Part shown: one piece after another, positions 53,061 to 64,000 of the stretch
Position numbering within the stretch: the first letter of the stretch is position 1
Layout: each line of letters starts with the position of its first letter
Source of the DNA: Phoronis australis
Taxonomy: Eukaryota; Animalia; Phoronida
Assembly: GCA_002633005.1 (NCBI GenBank)
Contig: NMRA01000394.1
Location: 62,001-126,000 of the forward strand
Length of the DNA: 64,000 nt
Reading direction: 5' to 3'
Program-made: the position numbers and the translations under genes
Notes under the pieces: model-generated
What the model was told of the DNA's origin: nothing
Seen by the model: only the letters and a program-made list of their open reading frames with translations
The model's database searches: none

Positions 53061-54454
53061 TTACATGTATAACGAAAAGTGGCCCTGTGGAAACAAGATG
53101 AACGACATACGGAATTCCGAGTACGGGCGTCAATGCCCATGCTTGGTCGGAAGTTTATCGGTCACATAGCCGTAAATAAATGCATTCGACTGATTCAACG
53201 GGTACGGGATGAAAGCATATCTTCAAATTCAGATTGATGACATACAATGTACGTTCCATTCGACTATTATAATGTGGGTTGGACAACATGTAAATGCATG
53301 AGAACGTATGGATTCAATAGAGTCATATACATTTATTTATCTGATGACGATTCCACCTTTCATGTAATGCACAGTAATTCAAAAATTCATTTCTTGCAAA
53401 AACTAAACTAAACATTGCGACATACAGTAACAAAAGTCCATATTCGGCATTTGAAAACATGTTTAGTTGGAGTTATCCCCTGTATCTGATAATGATCGAT
53501 GCTAATACTCAAACACCGAGTAACTAATTGCTGCATACATACACATATACATGAAGCCCAATTACTGTGTGGGACATAATTGCTACATGTATCAGCATCT
53601 CCAGTATCTTCTACTCCCCGGCACCGGGAGCCGTAACGATCGTAAAATATAATACTAAATATCAAATTTTGCTAACCAAATTTCACTTGACCTTAAGTGC
53701 ATTAANAATTAAATGATACATGTACCTGCGTGCTGGCTACTGGCCACCAAGCGGCACGCCGGGAACCAGCGAGCGTCAGCGGGTAGCTTACCCTCTGACA
53801 CAGCGCCACTTACATGTATAACGAAAAGTGGCCCTGTGGAAACAAGATGAACGACACACGGAATTCCGAGTACGGGCGTCAATGCCCATGCTTGGTCGGA
53901 AGTTTATCGGTCACATAGCCGTAAATAAATGCATTCGACTGATTCAACGCGTACGGGATGAAAGCATATCTTCAAATTCAGATTGATGACATACAATGTA
54001 CGTTCCATTCGACTATTATAATGTGGGTTGGACAACATGTAAATGCATGAGAACGTATGGATTCAATAAAGTCATATACATTTATTTATCAGATGACGAT
54101 TCCACCTTTCATGTAATGCACAGTAATTCAAAAATTCATTTCTTGCAAAAACTAAACTAAACATTGCGACATACAGTAACAAAAGTCCATATTCGGCATT
54201 TGAAAACATGTTTAGTTGGAGTTATCCCCTGTATCTGATAATGATCGATGCTAATACTCAAACACCGAGTAACTAATTGCTGCATACATACACATATACA
54301 TGAAGCCCAATTACTGTGTGGGACATAATTGCTACATGTATCAGCATCTCCAGTATCTTCTACTCCCCGGCACCGGGAGCCGTAACGATCGTAAAATATA
54401 ATACTAAATATCAAATTTTGCTAACCAAATTTCACTTGACCTTAAGTGCATTAA
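52966..54454. repeat. 749-bp-offset near-identical tandem duplication flanking an N (likely allelic assembly artefact)
   Basis: Copies at about 52966-53705 and 53715-54454 differ by only a handful of substitutions, with an N at 53706 between them. Track ORFs 53408-53665 and 54157-54414 are identical. Confidence 0.9.
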
Positions 54455-55436
54455 TCAGATACAATGAAAATACACAAAAACAACATCTCGTGAGGCAACC
54501 GGTGAAACCTAGCTGGAACCAACATTGAAATCACCTTGCTTGCAATTGCTACATGTCAAATTGCAGAACGTATTACACAACCCAAATTACAAAGTACACA
54601 CAATTTTCAACATAAACATTTATCTTGAGAATACATAAAACAGTGTCAGATTCAATTCTAGTCAAAGTTCTTCTGGTACCAATTTACATGTCCTATGGTG
54701 CATTTATCTGAGCTCCAATACAAAAGTGTAGGTGATTTTCTAAAAAGAATTTAAAAATACCATTGGATTTCTAAATCACTATTAAAATTAATAAACAAAC
54801 AGGATTGAATTATACAATTGAATCCAATTTTCAAAAGTTAGGATTGGCTTTTACTTTAAATTTATTTTAAATATTTTTGAATTTCTGAAACAGCATTGAA
54901 TTTCCTAAAAAGGATTTTTCCAACAATGTTGTATTTTATGCTGCCCGTACTTGTGCCCCTTACCAAAAGCTTTGCTATTCATACATGTGTACCTATACCA
55001 ATTTTATGCCTCCATACACCCCATCTCTTGAACCACTTGTTTTGGTTATGCCCGTCGAGCCCATCATTCCGTATAAGTACCCCCCCCTAGCGGTTAAATG
55101 ATTTGATAAAGCTTAAGAATCGCTGATTAGCTCAATCTCAGCAGCCACAATCAGCGATTCTATGTGATTAGCACACTAGGGGCGCCATATACGCGGAATA
55201 ACAGGCGACCCCTCACAGATAAAACCGCTACATGCATGGAATTGGCCTGGAGCCTTCTATAAAATAGGGCCGCGCTCCTTGAGCCCCTTCGGGCGGGCCA
55301 CCCCTATTAATATAGGTTGGTCAAAAGACAAAATCCACGGACACCGCATGAATTCCTTGGCAACGAAACATGTTTTCATCGCATAGCTGTTTATCATGGT
55401 TTCATAACTTCGACATTTCGATATGCGTAGACCTAT

Positions 55437-55775
55437 TCATCGTTCATACGATGGGGTGTATGTGAAGATGTAAATTGCAATAGCAGCTGTTATGAATAAG
55501 AACACGTAGAAAAACAACTGATCCATTACCATACCAATCAGCTGCCATTCCTCAGAAATGACTGCCTCAGCTTCTTTCTTTTCAGACATTGCTTGCAGGT
55601 AAGAAACCTTCAGCGTTATTTGTTTTAGGTAATATTCGGCCAATGAAGACTTTCGATCGATGTCTTCGACCTGTATGTCGTTATGTTCGAAGCTGATAGC
55701 TTCAATGGGGTCGTTTATGTGCGATTCCTTTCCCGGTACACCCCTTAATGTTTGCTGACGTTCAAGTGGATGTAC
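55437..55775 (-). CDS. nAChR last coding exon (MA helix, M4, stop)
   Basis: ttttttcag|[48 protein letters not shown]; open for 113 codons in phase 0. Confidence 0.9.
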   Translation of the reverse strand, partial: VHPLERQQTLRGVPGKESHINDPIEAISFEHNDIQVEDIDRKSSLAEYYLKQITLKVSYLQAMSEKKEAEAVISEEWQLIGMVMDQLFFYVFLFITAAIAIYIFTYTPSYER

Positions 55776-58700
55776 CTGAAAAAACGATGCAAAATTTTTA
55801 ATCCGAAGTAAACGTGCGCAATCATGAAGAACTCGTCTGCTTTCAATTTATTGAGCATTAAAAGGCCTCCCTCCCGTATTTCTAGGCTACTTAAAGATCA
55901 GCTTTTACCGACACAGTGTGATTCCAGTAATACTTGATTTTAAAGTATAATCCAAACCACGTTTAAGTACGCAAATCAGTAAAATGAGTCAGGGAGCCCT
56001 CCAAAACTTAACAGCAACCTGGTATTTACTGAAATGCATCATGATAAGCGCTTTGGACATGTGTAGGAAGTAATTCTTTCTCACGGCGTACTGTCTCATT
56101 TCACTTACATTGTATCTGTCCTCACCGCAGACAAAATATATTGTTAAACCGTCTTGTGTTTTAGCGTATGGCGTCCTACTTGCCAGTGACTACTTTTTTC
56201 TATTCCTTTGATGAAAAATAAATGTGATGACAGTAAGGTATCGTGTAGGCCAGAGGTCGGTCTTAGAATTTTCATTCTCTCTCAGGAAGGCAAATGTGAT
56301 CACAGTAAGGTATCGTGTAGGCCAGAGGTCGGTCTTAGAATTTTCATTATCTCTCAGGAAGGCAACGCCTTGTATCATTACTTTAGGTTATCCAAATGAT
56401 AGAGCCCAATTAAATTTGGCGTTGCACACGCAAATTTATTCCACCGGCAGACTGCACACCTACCGCGAATAGCGGTTTCTACCAAGGTATACGAATTGGC
56501 TCTACTCTCTCGTATTTCACAGTTCATAACGTGACGTATACAACATCCATATTTTCACATATATGTGATAAGAAGTAATATCCCACGAGACATTACTCCA
56601 CCTTCGGTCTCGGTCGATACGCGAAATAATGTCTTGTGGGATGTTACTTCATCTACGCCAATCGAGGTAGGTTGACGTATTTATCCCATGCAAATCGAAT
56701 TCGTAAGTTTCTTTCATTTTTTTCGGCCGATTTTTTAATACTTCACCCAGACTGTTCACGTGGCGGATCACATCCCATATATATATATTGCACGTTAGGT
56801 TACAAGTTTTCTCTAGTGAAATAAACAGTTTTAAGTGTAACGGTTTCTTACTTGAAAAGAGATAACAAAGATGAAGGCAACGGTAATTAAGCATTGAACT
56901 TGTTAAATTTCCTAATAGTTAAACATCAACAATATTTGATATTGTAGTTACGGAGGAATCTGAGACAGAAGTGTCATACAATTAACAGTTTTGTACCAGA
57001 TGTTACGTTAGACACCAGATTGCATGTCGAGTGTTGTTTATACTGCTCAACTTGTATTACTTTAAACTATATTCGAAAAGTTTAATGATCGAACCGGCTA
57101 ACGACGTCGAGTCGACATCGACCTACTCTTTAAACTTTTCATGTCTGAGGGCACTCTTGAAGTAGTGTTATTCTTTTGATGAAAAATAAATGTGATGATC
57201 GTAAGGTATCGTATAGGCCTGACGTCGTTTTTAGCATTTCCAATCATTATCTCAAAGGAAGGCAACGTGTGATATTGATTTAATGAGAAGGATGTGGTAC
57301 ATGCATGTAACGGTAACCACTACCACTTGAACGTAATGTAATCACAGGACTGGATACCCAAATCTCTACATGTAGCTGCCGGGTTATTTTTATACTTTGT
57401 AATTTAGGAATATGAAGTGTTTCTCGTGCCTGACCCTTTAGTCGTATGATCCGCTCTTGACTGCCATGTTTCAAATCAATTCTTTGCCCCTTCAAATGTA
57501 CCTACTCCGTATGCCCTTAAGCATAACTTGCTTTTGACATGTTGCTTCCATTATGACAATCTAGTGTTTGTCTAACCATATCTTTCTTGCAGGTAATTGC
57601 AGCCACCCAATCAAATGCGACTTTCCTCAGCCAAGGGGGTGCTCTTCGGCCGTGAGAGCCGCCGTGATGGGTTGCCAAAATAAGCACGGATAAGACTGTG
57701 GATAATGCCACGAGGATGATTGAAGCAGCGAAGAATTTTCCTAAAAATATGAATTTATACATGTGCGTAAATGAAATAGCAGACTCGATAAAGCAGCGGA
57801 GGACAATTGTCAACAATAAATTGTCAAAGTAAACAACTGAAATCCGCCCAAATTTTTGTCAATAGTGGGAATTACGCTTTTCTTATTTTAATGTTCTCAA
57901 CAGTGACAGACCAATCCCATTGATCAAGTCCACTTGAACATAAAAACGACAAAGTACAAAGTTACATGAATGGTATTTTGAAATTCTTTCTTCGTTATAA
58001 CACTGACATTCAAAGGAATAAATATGTGTATTTCATGTTATACGCTGCTTAATTACGAAACAAGTCGAAATGTTGTAGTAAACTTGTAGCGGTTAAATAA
58101 CTTCAGCCCTGTTTTAGCATATTCAGTGATTAGCACAGGACCACTGGCTACTGCATCAACGGATCAACTCTAACATCTCCGACCATACGCTGCTCATAAA
58201 CCGTAATCCCGATGAATGACAAAAGTCAAATGATAAAATGACCGAATCCTTGAGGTGGGCTCGCAATACAAAAGCTATGTGATCTGAGTGTAGATCAAAT
58301 GCCGTGGAAAAGTACTACGTGGACTAGATGGACCGTCAGGTATTCAAGGCCCAATATTTTCGGCATGACCCTCAACTGGAGACAGACGAATTAGCAACTT
58401 GACCCACCGTAGCTTTACAAGAGAACGATGTGCATGCAACTAAGCTGTTTTATGAAATTTTGATTGCATAATGTTGCCATCATACTGAAAATTTTACCCC
58501 ATTACTTGATCTGAAAGTCTCGCATTCGCCAGTACTAAGCACCATATATACTTTGTCCTTTATTACCTATTATTTCGTTCTTGTATTTTGTTTTCTTTAC
58601 TTTTGGTGTTTTTGCGCATTATGTTTCACTTCAGTAACTTATTGTTTTATAGTTGAAAGCCTGGATATAATGGTTGGCTTTCTGGGCTATATACTTACGT

Positions 58701-61700
58701 TTTAATGCATTGACGTTATTTGTGTAGCAATAAGAGCAACATATATGCAAACAACAAAAGCATTGAGGTGGTCTCTGGCCGGTGTATCTAGAAGAAAACT
58801 ACAACGTCGAAATAGAACGGCTCTACAGAACTTGAGGAAAAAGAACGAAGTCTGTTGTTAATGACGTTGGCAGAAGTCAGAGTTGGAATGAGCACAAGAG
58901 AATTTAGGGAATCGTTATCTTGCTTGGTGAAAGTAGTAGTCACGAGTGATACGCCTGTGTTGCTACTCTCTCATGAGAAACCAACACGGACCCATGGCAG
59001 GCAGCCTTGTTAGGCGTCACGACCAAACGCTAGTAGTAATATGGCAAACAATGCACCGTAGATAGACTTGGGAGACGGAATGACCTAGAGCTAAACACCC
59101 AATAACAAGTGAAAACGATCCACTTGAACTCTGCCAATATCACCGGCAGAGTTTTCCCTAAACCGACGAATGACAACATCTTGGGTGTTCTTCTAAAAGA
59201 CACAACTGGTCTAGGAATTTAACCAATCTAACTTCCCATCTCGGACTGCGGAGACTGAAGCATGTCCAACAGGTGATGCATGAAGAGCTACCTCTGCCAA
59301 CAGAACAACGCAATTTCTTCACATGAACAGAGGTTAGTTACTCATTACATGTACTGTACTTTCCCAAGAAAATTGGCACGTCACTGTCTGGGCGATCTTT
59401 GTACATGTATGAATAGAAGACATAAAGACCACGCCTTATACAGCCTTGAAAACAGCTACTTTATTTGGCTGAGCCCGAACAACTAATTCGTTCACAGGTG
59501 TAGACTCACAGACGTTTTTCTATGGTGCTTTGCTGTGGACCGATCTCGAAACTGGCCTCCGTCAAAGCAGTTTATTAATAAAATCAATTCAAGGTACTTG
59601 AATGGTTAATACTTAATAAATATTTACCTGTGCACATATACTATTCCTTTGCTCATTTGTGTCAAATTTCTTGTTAACGTTTTACTTTTCCATGTTAAAT
59701 CTTCTAGTCCACTATTTTTAACTTGATTTTTAACCTTTTTTTCATACTGCCACTGCCACTGCTGGTACTACTATTCTTCAGCTACTGTTGCTACTGCTGC
59801 TATTATTCCCGCAACTGCTACTGCTGCTGCTGTTACTACTGCTACGTACTGCTTCTGCCATTGCTACTAACTGCCCAATTGTCAACTCAAGGGAAAGGGG
59901 AGGTTGAACGATCTTACAACACTTTATTTACATGCAATTCTGTTGCAATGTCTCGAGATCTACATGCAAATCAAGCAAATGTTTAATGCCGATCACCCAA
60001 ACGTGAAGGCAACTGAAAACAAATGATATCACTGTACAGCCTCGCACGCCGGCTAATATGAACACAGGTCCTGTTCAAAAGGCCTTAGACGTGTCAATTG
60101 GCACAATATTGACATCTTCAAAAACGAATTCATCTTAAAATACCTTAAGCGTCAGTGTTAATTGTTGAAGAGGACAAGGCCGGCTTGCTAAAACTTCAAA
60201 ATATGCGAAACCCAACCTGGTATACAATTCAGAATCACCCATCTGTTGACTCCCATACAATTTAGTCTACCTGACAGATGCGCCGCAGAAGAAGAGGTCC
60301 AGCTGTACATATTTAATGATACCCACAACCTCATTCAGTTGATATGGATTCTGAATCATTCACCACAGACAACCTCTTTCTCTAGCATCGACCTTCATTT
60401 ACCAACGGCGTATTGTATGTTAAACCGTCGTCAAAATTCGCACAGAAGCTTGCTTATGTTTTACATAGAGCTCCATAACAGTTACGGTTGCAGGGAAAGC
60501 ACGTATTTAGTGTAAACAGGTTTTTCAAGTTACCAATCAAAGGAACAGCAGAGGAACTTCGAGGCATCGTCTCCGCCACAAGCAGCAGGAACACCGTCAA
60601 TGAGAGCATGCAGGTGACTAGCATTGATACTTTCTCTCCTGAGTCTGGTGGTAGGAGAAACCCCATGGCGGTAGTAACGATGATTATAACACACGGCAGC
60701 AGTAAGTTGAATACGTAAAACATCGGTCGTCTGCGCAGGACAATCGAGAAGGTCAGTGTTGCGTATGGCTCAGGGCAACAACTATAGAGTATCTCATTTC
60801 TACAAAACAAAGCAAATGTATCATTATTTCACTTTGAAAATTTTGGTGTCATCATCTCTTGTTTACCTATATGTACCTACAGTTGATAGGTAAACGTTAT
60901 GCTTGTGTTCGAACCTAACACGTTCTTCGTTTGATTGTCTTAAAAATAGCACCCATCATGTGCCTTCTATCTAAATTATAGTGACGTTTTATTCGGACAA
61001 GGCTCAAATTGGCGCTGTGACAGTCATTTGAAAACACCCGTTTATAGTGTAGAATAATCCTAGACGGATGTTATTGAGTCATTTGGGATTTTCTGACGAC
61101 TGTTTTCTTGTCGACTGGCCCCCGTAATTGTACAGAAATATAATTCTTTATGAGTTTCGTCACGGATGTTTGATGATGATCGTTATGATGCCGTCAACAG
61201 TGTTGGTGGAGGCAACGTCTTCTTTGCAAATATTGTGGTTGGTGTTGGCAAAATTATCGGCGTTGTGGTCAGTGCCATCGGTGATGTCGTGGTCTTTGAG
61301 AGCGTCATATGTATCGGCATTGGTGCTATGGCCGTTGACGGGTAAGATTTTGCTGTTTTCGTCATCAAACTCTATTACTCTGTCATTTTCGCCAAGTGTT
61401 GCTCTATCAGAGCGCACTGACAAGTACATGGTTAGTTGCGGACATCGTGCGTAGAATACCACGCTGCATTTGTTGGGATAGGAGTACAGTCTAATTTAAC
61501 TTATTTTTAGGTTGATTCGTGTATATTAACGTTGCCCCTTACCTCTTTACAGGCTTGCCACGAACGGACCACTCTCCATTATTTTTGAAAGAGCTAATGT
61601 CCACCGACGCCGACCGATTTTGGATGTCTAACTGGAGTCCATGCTGCGTCCATGAACCCATTGTAAGGTGGCAGATTTGATGGTCGTAGGGGAATTCGTC

Positions 61701-63045
61701 AATGTTCAGATTACAAGCGCTAGTGAAGGGTACAGGCGCTAACCACGCTATGGATCCGTCAGGATACACCGATACGCTGAAGCCAAGCATTGGTGTCATT
61801 CCAATTTGTCCAACGCTGAAACAAATGTGATAAAAGGCATCGCAATATTTCGAAAACACTATCACACGAATCTGTAGTACGAAACAACAAAATAGCAATA
61901 TTTTCCGTGCTGAATCGGTTGGTTCAAAACGCAGAGTTGTGGTTCTACACATACAGCTAGCTAAGTGTTTTTAACTCAACGTCAAGATACTTTTACCAAC
62001 TTTTTGTCTATTTTCTAATGGTGCACCCAAAGGGTACTCATGCACGTGCAGGCCTGTACAAGATAGTCACTACTTACAGACCACGAATTATTGAGCCTCA
62101 ACAATGTGCACAGACTAGGACAATTTGTGATTTGCACAACTGCAGGGTTTCGACAGTTTGTGCTGTTCCGACATATTAATGCCTAACAACGAGACATTCT
62201 CCATCATGAGATTAAGAGGTCACGTTGCCCAAAGAACAACACAGCTACTCTCTCATGTTGCTGTCGAAACAAAGTACCCTGTGACAAAACAGCTAATTAT
62301 TTAAAACGGCTTATTCTTACTAAAATGACCTGATTTTGGGCTTCAAAAGTGGAACCCCCTATAATAATATACATGTACGTGTGTGGCCAAAGAGCTCGGC
62401 CTTTATGTTAGTATAGAAAGCCCAGTCAGAAGACTACCGAAGAGCGAGGCTTGCTGTATTAATACAGGCAGCCACGCGTTTAAGACTCCCGACATTAACT
62501 AATATAGAATGATCCCGCAATCATACTCTGCATTTGTCTACTTTCGCTACGTTGAAGAGCTTCGGCCTTGCAGCATGACTGGAGCTACGAATTATGTACA
62601 TAAACAAAAACTAATTTAAGTAAAAAGCTGTACAGACCCCCAGCAGTGATTTAAAGGCACTTACTGATTTGTGGCTAATGTCTGCTGGGAGACTATTCAA
62701 CATGATAGAACACAATGTCATTTTCTTGGCTTTTGGCACACTGAGGTGTAGTCGGCACGTAAATTCATGACCAATGTCTTCGAAAACATAGAACACTTTT
62801 CGCTACCACACGATTTGCAACAAACTTTATTAAAAACCATAAAAACAAGTTTGTGAATCATATAAACTTCAAGTATTTTATAATAACTAAAGGTTCGACG
62901 CCTACAGTAGTTATTCACATTTTAAATGAACTTACTCATTAAAAAGAGTGATGTCAGGTACCCACACCTTCTCGGGTGATATACTTAATGACGTAACTCC
63001 GTCAAACCGGGCAGGGTCCCAACGTAAGTATTCGTCCGTCCAATA
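55437..63045 (-). CDS. Nicotinic acetylcholine receptor alpha-type subunit (alpha7/alpha9/alpha10-like, cation-selective), 5'-partial; exons 63045-62936, 61815-61543, 60799-60534, 57740-57532, 55775-55437
   Basis: Exons join in frame (110+273+266+209+339 nt). Motifs: [15 protein letters not shown], Cys-loop C-x13-C ([15 protein letters not shown]), GSWT, NGEW, vicinal YSCC..PY loop C, M1 (LLLPC), SGEK-M2, VPLIG, M3, EEW..M4 and stop TGA. Confidence 0.93.
56205..56366. repeat. 72-bp tandem duplication; third diverged copy at ~57170-57270
   Basis: aaatgtgat.acagtaaggtatcgtgtaggccagaggtcggtcttagaattttcatt.tctctcaggaaggc starts at 56220 and 56292; a related sequence lies about 1 kb away in the same intron. 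Confidence 0.9.
57532..57740 (-). CDS. nAChR exon (M3, start of cytoplasmic loop)
   Basis: ttttag|[41 protein letters not shown]. The donor is probably GC (aaa|gcaagt), so the 3' boundary is less certain. Confidence 0.85.
59745..59875. repeat. Degenerate (CTA/CTG)n trinucleotide repeat
   Basis: Directly visible; intronic. Confidence 0.85.
60534..60799 (-). CDS. nAChR exon (loop C, M1, M2)
   Basis: tttgtag|[61 protein letters not shown]|gtaac. Confidence 0.95.
61543..61815 (-). CDS. nAChR exon (Cys-loop, loop B)
   Basis: tttcag|..[58 protein letters not shown]|gtaag. Confidence 0.92.
62620..62900 (-). mobile_element. CR1/L2-type LINE 3' end relic (intronic)
   Basis: LSVPKAK....[21 protein letters not shown] resembles the L.+P....WNSLP..I...S+..FK..L C-terminus of CR1/L2 ORF2. 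Confidence 0.5.
62936..63045 (-). CDS. nAChR exon (110 nt, loop A) - not in ORF track
   Basis: ttcag|[36 protein letters not shown]|gtaag; 110 nt is the conserved size of this exon in nAChR genes. Confidence 0.92.
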
Positions 63046-64000
63046 CTGAAACACTCAAATTTTGGTAATGGTCAAGTATCTTAAGCTAAAGTTTCAAGTG
63101 ACAAATCTCCATTTATCCTCATTTGGCACTATCACCCAACGACGGCCGTGTCCGCCTGTAGTTTCATCGTAGTGTCTCATATGTGATATAAAAATAATAT
63201 TCGCTGAAGTTGTTGAACAGCTGATATCGCCGACACGGATGTGGTATATCTAAACTCACGCAAAGCGTTACTGGCACATATCCAATCAGAAGAATTGGAA
63301 AAATATTTCCAAACATTTGAAGGTGAACGGTGGTTACAAATCATTACACTGTTTAGAATATGATCTAGTCGTAATTAATATTCTAAAACATATGAGATCA
63401 CACCAGGTTCAGTACGCGTTTTATTTATAACTTTGTTTAAAGACATTCTAGTCATTTAAGATGGCAAGGAACGCAAAAATCTAAATTGTATCATATAAAG
63501 CCGTGCTCTGCCACTGAAAGGGAGGGCAAACTGCTCGCCGGGTATTTTTATACGGTTTACTCTTAAAGATTTTGAATTTCTGTTGATGTCAAACCACTTT
63601 TCATTTAGTTTCAAATATCAAAAAACACCTGTCAGCTGCTGGTCACCTCGTCGATTTTTCTCCAATACGGCAAAGCACGCATCCTTATTTGTTATTGCAA
63701 GAAATAGACGTAGTACATTTCCCTTTTATGGTAAAAGTCGCATTTGATTTTTGGTGTAAACGAAACAACGGTGATTTCAGGCAGCAGCCATTAGTGTTTG
63801 CAACAATTGATGTAAGTTCTAACTGTTTAAAAATAATTACAGATAGCGTACACATGCAGTATTCAAAAATATTCCAAAATGTCCTTGGAAAATGTTTGCT
63901 GGCTAATTATTTGCGCGCATACGCGCATGTGTATTATTAGGGGCGGAGAACATGAAAACTGGGTTGGGATGAAATTGGTCATAATTTATTAGTAAGGTTT

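Noticed and set aside
53408-54414. Duplicated 85-aa gene pair
   Set aside because: No recognisable protein features; the identity results from the gap-flanking duplication.
61128-61462. Overlapping ORFs of about 100 aa (D/N/T-rich) as an extra nAChR exon or nested gene
   Set aside because: Degenerate trinucleotide repeat. The flanking nAChR exons already join in frame (K-R-N-E) without it.
63050-64000. Upstream nAChR exons (signal peptide, loop D exon)
   Set aside because: I found no splice-bounded segment encoding a DE.NQ....W-type peptide; these exons probably lie beyond the window.

Overview
AT-rich animal genomic DNA, most likely from a marine invertebrate: spliceosomal introns, microsatellites, three single-N assembly gaps and no operons. 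Almost all short ORFs in the supplied track are noise. The one clearly supported host gene is a nicotinic acetylcholine receptor alpha-type subunit on the minus strand. Five coding exons are visible (63045->55437, about 398 aa); I found no 5' exons in the window. Its agonist site is unusual (Y93F, K145T, Y151Q, D200T in Torpedo/muscle numbering) and it probably has a GC-AG intron. The rest is a nested transposon graveyard: an Academ-like XPG/PIN relic, a hAT TTF-zinc-finger relic, a 5.8-kb Sola3-like element (TTAA TSD, GAG..CTC ends) inserted into an L1/Tx1 relic, a decayed RTE-X-like LINE inside a putative EnSpm/CACTA-like element with DUF4806-like exons, and many MITEs and palindromes. The most intriguing object is a ~6.2-kb TIR-bounded element (45863-52059) with no visible transposase. 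It carries promoter-like motifs, a spliced gene-like cargo and an 81-bp hairpin minisatellite. All family names come from motif recognition by eye, not database searches.
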